Positions 23,951 through 34,144 of a stretch of DNA of 34,144 nt are shown one piece after another. The stretch is from NCBI RefSeq assembly GCF_004010195.1, contig NC_057751.1:12381508-12415651 (forward strand). The letters are read 5' to 3'. The notes beneath the pieces are model-generated. The model made no database searches, was not told the DNA's origin, and saw nothing but the letters and a program-made list of their open reading frames with translations. Origin of the DNA: Chiloscyllium plagiosum. Its lineage: Eukaryota. Both the position numbers and the translations under genes were made by a program. Position 1 is the first letter of the stretch; every line of letters starts with the position of its first letter.

Positions 23951-24492
23951 GTTTTTACAAATTGTTTAATTTTGTTTTCCTGCACTCATTTGTTGTCTCT
24001 TTGGGCTTTTGATGCAAGCAGAAGGGTGTAATGCAGTGCTACTGCCAGTAAAAACTTAATGTTAACCATATAAAGCTCAAGTTGGAAAATAAAGTATTCG
24101 GGGTATATTTTGAAGGGTTAGTTTTGTGTGGAGTTCATGGAGATGCAGAACAGGAAGTCAATAAGAAGACATGCAGAGTATTCAATTCTGACAGTGATGA
24201 GACACTACACATAGCTTAAGCTGAAAGATTTAACATAGCAACCTTTCCTTATTGTGCTTCTTTAGCGGCTGCCTCAAACTTTAGCACAATGGTTAGCACC
24301 ACGTCCTGGACTTTGGTTTGTGTAAATCTACACACACGATCAAGGGCAATTCTCTGTACTTGAAGTGCACAAGCTTTGGACAGACCAAAATGTGTCATTC
24401 ACCGAGTTGATTGTCCTCAAGGTGCATCCATGGGTAAAGTTTGAAGAGCACGGAGCCCTGTGTAAGGGAGCCACTCAAGATGAACTTCAACG

Positions 24493-25030
24493 TGCAATCC
24501 TGGTCTCCTTTCTATCGGAGAGATGTTGTGAAACTTGAAAGGGTTCAGAAAAAATTTAAAAGGATGTTGCCAGGGTTGGAGGATTTGAGCTACAGGGAGA
24601 GGCTGAACAGGCTGGGGCTGTTTTCCCTGGAGTGTCAGAGACTGAGGGGTGACCTTATAGAGGTTTACAAAATTATGAGGGGCATGGATAGGGTAAATAG
24701 GCAAAGTCTTTTCCCTGGATTCGGAGAGTTCAGAACTAGAGGGCATAGGTTTAGAGTGAGAGGGGAAAGATATAAAAGAGACCTAAGGGGCAACTTTCTC
24801 ACACAGAGGGTGGTACGCATATGGAATGAGCTGCCAGAGGAAGTGGTGGAGGCTGGTACAATTGCAGCATTTCAGAGGCATTTGGATGTGTATATGAATA
24901 GGAAGGGTTTGGAGGGATATGGGCCAGGTGCTGGCAGGTGGGACTAGATTGGTTTGGGATATCTGGTCGGCATGGACAGGTTGGACCGAAGGGTCTGTTT
25001 CCACGCTGTACATCTCTATGACTCTATGAC
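24493..25030 (+). mobile_element. Young HER1-like CR1 LINE 3' end with intact ORF2 C-terminus
   Basis: ORF 24441..24947 VQSWSPFYRRDVVKLERVQKKFKRMLPGL..RLRGDLIEVYKIM..TRGH..RVVRIWNELP is the classic CR1 C-terminus. Tail ctctatgactctatgac. Confidence 0.95.
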
Positions 25031-25264
25031 ATTAAAATCAAGTCACGGTCTTGTTTGCTGTTTCCATTTTGATTCAGTTGTGCAACTCTCCACAAGAACT
25101 CACACCATCCAATGCCACAACAGAAATTTGAGGCACACAATCTAGGATGACACTTCAGTATAGTTTCTGACAGAATGCAGCACTGAAGGCAATGCTGTCA
25201 TTTAACCACCAAACTGAAGCCAGAAAAGAGCCCATTGCACCTTTCTGAAGAACAGCAAGGGAGT

Positions 25265-25557
25265 TGAAATGACTCCACAGAGGCAAGTATCCCATCACCA
25301 AGTCACTCTTAATTTACACGTATAAACCCCTTGACACTGATCCAACACCCTTAGAGCCAGATCTCAGAATGAACAGAACCTCTGATGCTCCTGTTTATTT
25401 TTTTTTAATTTAACCCCCACACTACCACCTAAGTGCGGTAGACGCTCCTGTTTATATCTGACAGCCACAGGTCCACGATTGGACCAGGTTAACAACCCTC
25501 ATCATGGAACTCAGATTCTGTGAGGTCTACCTGGCTGACCTCAGTGCCATCACTACA
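25265..25557 (-). mobile_element. Solo LTR
   Basis: Minus strand begins TGTAGTG and ends ATTTCA, with CCAAT, TATAAA and an ATTAAG polyA-signal-like variant in order. 5-bp TSD ggagt / agagt (4/5 match). Confidence 0.75.
25399..25440 (-). mobile_element. 42-bp 5'-truncated poly(A)-tailed retroinsertion (L1/Tx1-type) with 15-bp TSD
   Basis: gatgctcctgtttat (25384-25398) and gacgctcctgtttat (25441-25455) flank a T-run plus aatttaacccccacactaccacctaagtgcggta. Confidence 0.8.
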
Positions 25558-25654
25558 AGAGTACTGCTGACCATGAATCCTTAAAGAATAAATTTGCTCA
25601 CTGACTACATTGTGGCTGCCTGGCTAATACTGGAGCTAACACCACAATTTATTT

Positions 25655-26424
25655 GACTCTGACTATATACTTTTTTTAACCTACCACAGAGACCAGCAAC
25701 ATATCCTTCTCCTAATGTTCAGATTTAAATCTGCTTTGCATCAAGTTTAATCAGCTTTCGGTGTAATTGTAGTAAGTTCAGTTGCACTGGAAAAGTTCCT
25801 CTTAGTAGGTGAAAATTATTTTTCTCAGTTCATGAGATTATTAGTGTGTTTGCCTAGATACAAAAACAAATTTGAATGTGACCAATCAATTTAAATTATA
25901 CCCCCAAAAAAACCAAACTCAATCATGTTTGAATTTAGTATGTTAACAATATTAAAAGCCAGTGACACAATCTGATGCTTTGAGTTATAAGGCCGGGAGA
26001 ACTTGGACAGTTGAGCGAGAACTGCCAAGTCACCAGCATATACAGACTGCTCTCTTCAAGGTACCTTTATCAGTCAATGACCTGTGAAACAGAAATCCCT
26101 TCAAAGAAGGAAATCAACAGAGGAGGATGCAAAGGGGAGATTTGACTGGTGCTAGATATTGAGATCTGAATTTTTGGTGAATCTTTAATTGGGGGTTTTA
26201 TTGGACTAGTATTATAGAAGGGAAAGTAAAAGATAGGTTAGAGGAATGAGTTGTAAATAGTTGTTAGTTAATTATTCTCTGTTATACTTTAAGAAATAAA
26301 GTTGCTAATTTTGACTTTAAGTAGTTCTTGGCCTCTCAAATTTTCACAGATTACCTTATGGGGTAAATCATTTCTATGTTGCTGGTTTAAATTAGTGGAG
26401 GTGGATTAAACCTGTGTCCTGACA
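25655..26424 (+). mobile_element. Probable solo LTR of a second family, 5' boundary uncertain
   Basis: CCAAT near 25882, TATAA near 25986, AATAAA near 26296 and an LTR-like end gtgtcctgaca. No TSD identified. Confidence 0.5.
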
Positions 26425-27264
26425 ATTGTGATTTATGTTTTTCAACAAGACTCTCTGTGGATGCCATGAGCATTGGCACAACCCATTTTGAAATCTGTAA
26501 AAGTCTTAGAGATGGTACAATAATTTTTTTTCTAAAATTGATGTTTAAATACTTGTGAATTATATTTGTCTCTGTGGTTTCTTCATGTATCTTTTATCTC
26601 TCTAATTATGGTTTTAATCAACAAATGCAATTGCTAGTTTCAGCTGTGTATTCTGACAACGAAGTGCCCTCAGGATGAACAGGACAGAACAATGGATAAT
26701 CTTTTCTGTGTCTTGTGAAAATCATCACTGTGGAAGAGTAATTCTTAATGCAGGAGCACACTATTCACCATTCCAAACATAATTGACAATAATTGTTTAC
26801 ATCTTAAAGATTTATTGACTGAAGAAAATCATCCTGTTCTTTTGTACATGATTGGTAAAACTGTGTCTTCTCCATGACACACATGATTTATGTTTATGGT
26901 GATGGTTCTGCAGGGCTTCCTGTGAACTTTTAATTATTACAGTGAGTCATAGTACACTGAAGCACAATTTCTGCTTTAATATTTAAGTATGTTTTGATTT
27001 CACAATGTGTTCTCAATCCGTGAGTTGTAACACTCAAGGAACTAGATCAGTTCTATGGTCTCAAATTAAACTTGATACGTTGTATTTCAATCACCTTTGT
27101 TCAGCTGCCTCACTATTCACAGCATGTGTGTATTGTCCATCCTGAATTGGTCTTGAGAAACTGGCCACTTTCCCGAATGCAATTAAATGACTTGAAAAGC
27201 CACTTTAGAGTCAACCACACTGCTGTGGGTCTGGAGACACAAATAGGCTAGATGTGACCTTGCA

Positions 27265-27682
27265 TTAGACCAGAAGAAACAGGAGCAGGAGTAGGCCATT
27301 CAGCCCCTTAAACTTGCTCTGCCCTACAGTAGGCTGATGGCTGATCCGAACCTCCTCACATCCATTTTCCTGCCCTTTCCACTTACCTCTTGATTCCCCA
27401 GCTGATCAAGAATCTATCTAGCTTTGTCTTAAATATACATAAGGACTCTTTCCCCCTCAGCTCTTTGTAGCAAGGAGTTCCAGAAATTCTCAAAGTTCTG
27501 AGTGAACAAATTCTTTCTCATCTCAGTTATGAATTTTCACCCCTTTATTTTGAGCCTATGCCCTGTGATTTGAGAGTCTTCAGTGATGGGAAATCTTCGC
27601 ATTTACCCTGTCAAACCCCTCAAGAGTTCACAATGTTTCAATGATATCACCTCTCATTCTTCCAAATTCCAGTGAATATCCT
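27265..27682 (-). mobile_element. CR1 3' end, about 420 bp
   Basis: ggagcaggagtaggccattcagcccc..aagaatctatct..ctgagtgaacaaattctttctcatctcag..gatatcacctctcattcttccaaattccag. Confidence 0.85.
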
Positions 27683-27804
27683 GAACAAGTATGACAGATT
27701 TCCTTGCCTGAAGCGACATTAGTAAACCAGTTAGATTTTATTACAGTTTGGTAGTTTCCTGATCACCCCAACTGAAATTAGCCTATTTTGGCAGATTTTA
27801 TGCT

Positions 27805-28638
27805 GGACTAATGCCATTTACAAGTTCGCTAATGACACCACCATAGTCGGTCGAATCTCAGATGCCAACGAAACAGACGACAAATGGGAGGTGGAAGACC
27901 TGGAAAAATGGTGCACTGAGATCAATCTAGCTCTCAATGCCAGAAAAACTGAGAAACTCTACTTTTGGCAGGATGTTACCCATGTCCCCCTACACATCAA
28001 CAGCACAGGTGGAACGAGTGGAGAGTGTCAAGCTCCTGGGAGTGGTCATCCACAATAAGCTTTCTTGGACTCTTCATGTGGATGCACTGGTTACAAAGGC
28101 CCAACAACATCTCATCTTCCTCAGGCAGCTAAGAAAATTTGGCATGACGGCAAATACCCTTGCCAACTTTTATAGGTGTGCAGTTGAGAGCATTCTGTCT
28201 GGATGTATCACTACCTGATATGGCAACTGTACTATTCAAGATCAGAGACAGTTACAAAGAGTGGTGAACTCGGCCCAGACAATCACAAACCTCCCATCTA
28301 TAGAATCCAGGTCCGCTGTCAAAGAAAAGCAGCCAGCATTCTCAAAGATCCATCCCACCCTGGCAATGCCTTTCCACAACCTTTACCATCAGGGAGAAGG
28401 TACAGAAGCCTGAACATGCACACCAGCCAGTTTCATAAGTTTCCACCGTACTATTGTTAGAATACTGAATGGACTCACAAACTCTTAACATTCACCTGTA
28501 CCTGTGTTTTTGTTTTTGCCGTTGTTTACCTATCATTTATTTATCTATGCTACTTAACTATGTGATCTGCTTGTATTGCTCGCAAGACAAAGCTTTTCAC
28601 TGTGCCACAGTACACATAGCAATAAATTCAATTCAATT
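27805..28638 (+). mobile_element. Rex1/Babar-type LINE, RT to 3' end, decayed
   Basis: Translates NAIYKFANDTTIVGRIS..WCTEINLALN. ORF 27937 has VERVESVKLLGV..LSWTLH..KAQQHLIFLRQLRKF..NFYRCAVESILSGCIT. PLPSGRRYRS follows. Tail aataaattcaattcaatt. Confidence 0.88.
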
Positions 28639-28931
28639 ATTTCAGTAGTTGTATGGAGCTTTTTCAGCTGACGAGGTGGGACTTGAACTCAAGGGCAGAG
28701 TTATCACAGCTTCTGGCCAACATGTATTGGGTAGAAGGTTGGCATAATATGGTGAGAGCGAACAAAAAGAGAGAAATACTCTGTTAATTTCTCCCCCTTA
28801 CAATTCATGCTGTTTTTAGGCAGGAAAGTGGATGTAATTTGTTCTTGGGATGTTGATGACACTGTCAAGAAGGATATTTATTGTTCATCCCTGGTGGATC
28901 TGAGAAGTTGGTTGTGGACTATCATCTTGAA

Positions 28932-29160
28932 TTTTTTTTATTCATTTGTGAGATATCATCGTCACTGGCTGTCCGGCATTTATTGTCTGTCCCTATTTGC
29001 CCTTCAGAAGCTGGTGGTGAGCTGCCTTCTTGAACCGCTACAGTTCACATGCTCTAGGTTGACCTACAATGCCATTTAGGGTTGGGGGGCCAATCCAGAA
29101 TTTTAAACCAGTGACATCAAAGCAACAGCATTTCTGTGCAATTTGCAGGAGAACTTGAAT
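28932..29160 (-). mobile_element. Family A LINE 3' end fragment
   Basis: ttttttattcatt..ggcatttattg..gcccttcagaagctggtggtgagctgccttcttgaaccgc matches 12050-12170. Confidence 0.8.
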
Positions 29161-29539
29161 TATGTCCAATGACTTTGCTAAAATATGTCTTAATTAGTTG
29201 AGAACTCTTTTATTTTATCATTGCCAATAAAAAGAAGCATACATTTCTGTTTTGATTGATGTCAAATTAGTGACCACAATTTTTTTTTATTCATTGTAAA
29301 GGATAAAATTGTGAATACCTCTTGCACTAAAGTCTTTTTATGTTGGAAAACGGTTTGGAAGATGATTTATTTTTTTTATTTGAAATCTTTAAACCCTTTT
29401 GGTCCTGTTCATTTTTCAATGGAGGCATAGAGCAGGCCAATTTTCTCATAAAACAATACTAACGCTACCTCTTAAGAGGATAGTGCTTCAGTATATAGAG
29501 TTGATTTACTTCTCAATGTGATGAAGATGCATTAGCAAG

Positions 29540-29900
29540 CTGAATTTATAACAAGGAGAAACCTCATAACATGCTCCATCCCTACTCGCCTCAGAAATCT
29601 TGACTGCAAGTAGAGATCTGAGAAAGAAATTAGGGGAGTTTGAAATGGAACGCTAAGTTGTATGCCAGAAATTTGAGGTACAGTTTGCAAGACAAGTGAA
29701 GTAGCACTTGATATTGCAAAAACAAAGAAAAGTGTAACAAATGATGTCCAGAAAAGCAAATGTCAGTATTTTGGCCATTTGATCAGAGGTTAAAAGTTAC
29801 ACACATCCCTTAAACAGCATAAAGTGGAAAGACTGGTCATTTATGAAGAATTAAGAATTGGTTGATGAAGGTCATAAAAGTAGTTGCAGGCAAATTATAG
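29540..29900 (+). mobile_element. RTE-clade LINE remnant
   Basis: Translation gives RDLRKKLGEFEM and DVQKSKCQYFGHLIRG*KLHTSLKQHKVE, resembling the RTE motifs EAFEMW and RKLxYFGHIxR. Confidence 0.65.
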
Positions 29901-31054
29901 TGAGTGTGTGATGCTGGCACAAGACAGACATATGTGACACACTGTGCCGTAAGTTCTGACAGGAGCAGCTAAAAGCAACAGCAGAAAAGTTTTATAATTA
30001 CTTTTTAAGCAAGTGTATCCACAGAAGTGATTCAATGTGTGCATATGATTATTCACTCTGTTGTGTGACCCAGCATTTTGACAAGGAAAGAGAAATCCAG
30101 AAATTCCCAAATTAGGAACGGAGAAGCTGGAAATTCACAGAATATCCAGCAGCCTCTGAAACTGAACAATGTTTTAAATGGAGATCCAGTTGGAGGGTGT
30201 AAAAAACACATCATAAATTTTTGACATTTTCAATATCAAGCTAGTTCGTTCACACATTTATATGCATACATATTTTTGTCAGCTTTGAAGCATTTATCAT
30301 GTTTGTTTCACAAAGGTGAATCATTAATGTGCCCACATCTGCAGATATTTGTCAGTGTGTGCCGAGAAGCCCTTGTGGACAGTAGTAGTAAGAGACCTGG
30401 GCTCAATTCCTGAAGTGAGCAATAACTTCTCTGAGTAGATTGGTTAGGAAAATATCTGAGCCAAATGATACCTGAAAATAACTCTCATTTCTTCTTTGCC
30501 CTAATTTGTGGATTTTCTGACCTAGGTCTCTCTTGCGGCTGATAGCATAGCTAAATAAGTACACAGGAGAGACTTGGAACGGCTTGACCACCAATTTTTA
30601 TTCTTTGATAATAAGAGACTTGATTAGGCTAATGATCTGGCCCATTTCAGGGCCTCACTGTTCCTGCAACTTTGGGCCCATTACTAAGTACAACTTTGGT
30701 AACCGTCAAGCTATTTTAAAAAAAAAATACAACTATAAGATTAAATAGTTTGCAATTTTGTTGACTTGAGCAAGTGCAGCATGAAGATACACATCTCATT
30801 GTTTAGCTGTGCTTTGTTTCTGTTGACTGTTGATAGAGGATAAATATATTCAATTGTCGAGTTGAATATATTTTATATCCATGTTGAACATTTTATCAAA
30901 GTAAAGCTTTCACTGAACTTGTTGGTTTTTCTGTGATTTGCAGCTTGATTCTCCATTCGGACAATCTTGCTCCAGAACAGCACTTTGAGGAATGAGAAAT
31001 CATGGCCTTAATGATTCTTGTCAATCTTTGTTCAATGAATAACTCTCTTAATAA

Positions 31055-31330
31055 TCTCTAAATCAAAAGACTCAAGTTCCTGTCCAGAATGTTAAGCATC
31101 TGATCTGGGGAGATACTCTTGTGCAGTACTGAGGTAGGAAACTGCACTGCTGTCTTTTGCTTGAGACATAAAGCTGAGGCTGAAATTAACTCTTTTAGGT
31201 GGATGTTTCCAGTGATACTCTTCAAAGAACGAGCAGGAGGATCCTCCCTGATACCTTTTGGATTTCTCAATCAGTTGCTAAAATGATTACCTGGTCACGA
31301 TCACAATAATATTGGTGCACAAATGGCCAG
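31055..31330 (+). mobile_element. DeuSINE (SacSINE1-like) remnant
   Basis: gtgcagtactgagg..ctgcactg..gtctttt..gagacataaagctgaggc..aggtggatgt..ttcaaagaacgagcagg..gattacctggtcacgatcaca..gtgcacaaatggc. Confidence 0.7.
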
Positions 31331-31967
31331 GTTGTGATAAAGATGACATCAATCTTTCTTTTTACATTGTTTGTTTCTTATTCATTTTAATTAGGTTCCA
31401 GAATCTGGGAGTTTATTACTTTGCAACCAGCACACACTGCAGCGAACCGCAGCCTAAACAGCACAACACAATAGGAAATCAGCCCTTATAGATTATCCCA
31501 CAGTTTATTACTTCTTTGAAACTCCAACCCAGACATTTTTTTCCTCATTGTTTTACATTAGAAATGAGCAAACCACAGTTACCACAGGGCATAAACTGTT
31601 GAATGAAATGTTTTCCAGTGAGCAATTACAACTAAATTTGCAATTTTCAATAGGCTGCTTATACCTTATAATTAGTAAAATGTGACTGACCTATTATCCA
31701 GATCCTACACAGAGCAATCTGTGGCAAAAAAAAATTGTTTGGCTCACAGTTATTTCATTAAAAGCAGAAAAATTATTTTCTTTATTTCATTCTTCCCTGA
31801 ATCCTCCCGTGAATCAGCAAGTCTCCGACAATGGAGTCAGACTACAAGCAGCTCAGTTTGTTGAAACCACCTTTCTATTATCACAATTGTTTTGGGTCAG
31901 TGCACAAACCATTGGGGGAGGTTTAATAGGGACAAATGCATGTGTTTGGGAGGAGGTGAGGGTTTTA

Positions 31968-32413
31968 AAGTCTCGCATGGTGTGTTGCCTGCCCGGTGCC
32001 AGGGTGCGAGACATCTCCGACCGGCTTGAAAGGATATTGGAGCGGGAGGGGGAGGATCCAGTTGTTGTGGTCCACGTTGGTACCAAAACATAGGCAAGAC
32101 TAGGGTGGAGGACCTGTTTGGGCATTACGAAGCACTAGGCAGGAAATTGAAGCACAGGTCCTCAAGGGTCATAATCTCCGGATTACTGCCCGAGCCACGT
32201 GCCAATTGGCAAAGGGACAAGAAAATTAGGCAAGTAAACACGTGGCTAAAGGATTGGTGTGGGAAAGAGGGATTCCACTTCATGGGGCATTGGCATCAGT
32301 TGTGGAACAGGGGGGATCTGTACCGTTGGGACGGTCTCCACCTGAACCGATCAGGTACCAATGTTCTAGCGAAGAGGATAAATAGGGTGGTCAGTAGGAC
32401 TTTAAACTTCTGA
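31968..32413 (+). pseudogene. CR1 ORF1 SGNH/GDSL esterase domain, partial, 1-nt deletion near 32087
   Basis: CLPGARV (block II), VVVHVGT(N) (block III), IISGLLP and WDGLHLN (block V). The GDS block I is absent, lost to 5' truncation. Confidence 0.9.
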
Positions 32414-34144
32414 GTTGGGGGGAAGGGAAAGTGAAAGCAACAGGGAGTATGGAGGTAAATGGCAAGATAAGCAGCAGGATAGCATGTTTCCAGGCGGATT
32501 TAAAATTGAGGCAGACTGAGAATGCAGTAAAAAGCAAGGATAACTTAGGACATATGACTTCCAACATCTCTAATGATAAGGAAGTTAGCATTAAGGCACT
32601 TTACCTGAATGCTCGTAGCATACATAACAAAGCCGATGAACTAATGACACAGATAATAGTGAATGATTATGATGTAGTAGGCATCACAGAGACTTGGTTA
32701 CAGGGGGGTCAGGACTGGCAGTTAAACCTCCATGGTTTTTCAACTTATCAAAAAGACAGAGAGGTGGGCAGAGGGGGTGGGGTTGCCTTGATAGTTAAGA
32801 ACAAAATTAAATCTATGGTATTGAATGACATAGCGTCGGATGATGTGGAGTCTGTGTGGGTGGAATTGAGGAACCACAAAGGCAAAAAAAAACATAATTG
32901 GAGTTGTGTATAGACCACCTAACAGTGGTCAGGACCAGGGACGCAACATGTACCGGGAAATAGAGAAGGCATGTCAGAAAGGCAAGGTTACATTGATCAT
33001 GGGAGACTTCAATATGCAGGTGGACTGGGTAAATAATGTTGCTAGCGGATCTAAAGAAAGGGAATTCATGGAATGCTTACAGGATGGCTTTTTGGAACAG
33101 CTTGTCATGGAGCCCACAAGAGAGCAGGCTATTCTGGACCTAGTGCTTTGCAATGAACCAGACTCTATAAAAGATCTTAAAATAAGGGAACCCTTAGGAA
33201 GTAGCGACCATAATATGGTAGAGTACAGTCTGGAGTTTGAAAGGGAGAAGGCAAAATCGGATGTAATAGTGTTACAGTTGAATAAAGGTAATTATGAGGG
33301 CATGAGAGAGGAACTGACTAAAATAGACTGGAAGCAGAGGCTAACCGGGAAGACAGTAGAGCAAAAATGGCAGGAGTTTATAGGTATAATTGAGGACACT
33401 GTACAGAGATTCATTCCCAAGAAAAGAAAGATTAACCGGGGAGGGATTAGACAACCTTGGCTGACAAAGGAAGTCAGGAAATGTATTAAAGAAAAAGAGA
33501 GATCCTATAAAATGGCTAAGAACAGTGGGAAATCAGAAGATTGGGAAGGATACAAAAGCAAACAGAGGATAACAAAGAGTGTAATAAGAAAGGAGAGGAT
33601 CAAATATGAAGGTAGGCTAGCCAGTAATATTAAAAATAATAGTAAAAGTTTCTTTCAGTACATAAGAAACAAACGACAGGCAAAAGTAGACATTGGGCCA
33701 CTTCAAACTGATGCAGGAAGCCGAGTGATGGGAGATAAGGATATAGCAGGAGAACTTAACAAGTACTTTGCGTCAGTATTCACAGTGGAAGACATGAGTA
33801 ATATCCCAAAAATTAAAGGGTGTCACGGGGCTGAGTTGAGTATGGCTGCCATTACGAAAGAGATAGTGCTAGAAAAGTTAAAAAGTCTTAAAAGTGATAA
33901 ATCTCCTGGCCCCGATGGGATACACCCTAGAGTTCTGAGAGAGGTGGCTGAGGAAATAGCAGAGGCATTGGTTGAGATCTTTCAAGAGTCACTGGAGTCA
34001 GGAAAGGTCCCAGATGATTGGAAGATGGCTGTTGTAACCCCCTTGTTCAAGAAAGGATCAAGGCAAAAGATGGAAAATTATAGGCCAATCAGCTTAAAAT
34101 CGGTTGTTGGTAAAATTCTAGAACCCATCATTAAGGATGAGGTT
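32398..34144 (+). pseudogene. CR1 ORF2 (APE endonuclease, linker, RT N-terminus) with a +1 frameshift in the A9 run at 32884-32892
   Basis: YLNARSI, GITETW and GGGVA in the first frame. From 32894 it is open for 417 codons to the window end: GVVYRPP, MGDFN, ILDLVL, SDH, PWL, KSPGPDGIHP, WKMAVVTPLFKKG, NYRPISL. Confidence 0.93.

Larger units (their letters stand above)
25100..25630 (+). mobile_element. DeuSINE remnant interrupted by a solo LTR
   Basis: gcacacaatctaggatgacacttcagtatagt..gcagcactg..gaagaacagcaagggagt before the LTR, with a weak continuation after 25562. Confidence 0.5.
27112..28720 (-). mobile_element. Old tRNA-derived SINE broken into three pieces (about 27112-27255, 27690-27800, 28640-28720)
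   Basis: Tail resembles the family A LINE 3' end. Body agagtcaaccacactgctgtgggtctggag continues as gacagatttccttgcctgaagcgacattagtaaaccag. B-box-like ggtgggacttgaactc (minus: gagttcaagtccc) near 28676-28691. Confidence 0.6.
31968..34144 (+). mobile_element. Young CR1 LINE, 5' truncated within ORF1 and running off the window end
   Basis: Esterase ORF1 followed by APE endonuclease and the start of RT, with only two single-base frameshifts and no premature in-frame stops in about 2.2 kb. Confidence 0.96.

Noticed and set aside
1..34144. Prokaryotic systems (CRISPR arrays, operons, retrons) or contamination
   Set aside because: No regularly spaced repeats or gene-dense segments. All RT and nuclease motifs belong to vertebrate retroelements.

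Overview
Vertebrate nuclear DNA, most likely from a shark: the repeat set (HE1-type V-SINEs with an (AATCT)n tail, HER1/CR1 LINEs, SacSINE1-like DeuSINEs, Penelope-like elements) fits a carpet or bamboo shark, and this is inference from recalled repeat families rather than a search. Roughly half the window is retroelement debris, often nested: several CR1-group LINE fragments, three V-SINEs, DeuSINE remnants, Penelope-like elements (GIY-YIG remnant, hammerhead cores, two fold-back mini-insertions with TSDs), RTE and Rex1/Babar remnants, two solo-LTR-like elements and a Tigger-like MITE. The window ends in a young, 5'-truncated CR1 LINE with an SGNH-esterase ORF1 and an APE-RT ORF2 that runs off the edge. 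I recognise no host protein-coding gene, but several well-formed + strand exon candidates suggest an intron-rich transcript. The most notable signal is a canonical -1 slippery heptamer (T TTA AAC) inside the 16-nt ORF1/ORF2 overlap of the CR1, followed by a G-rich tract. Repeat boundaries are estimated by eye.
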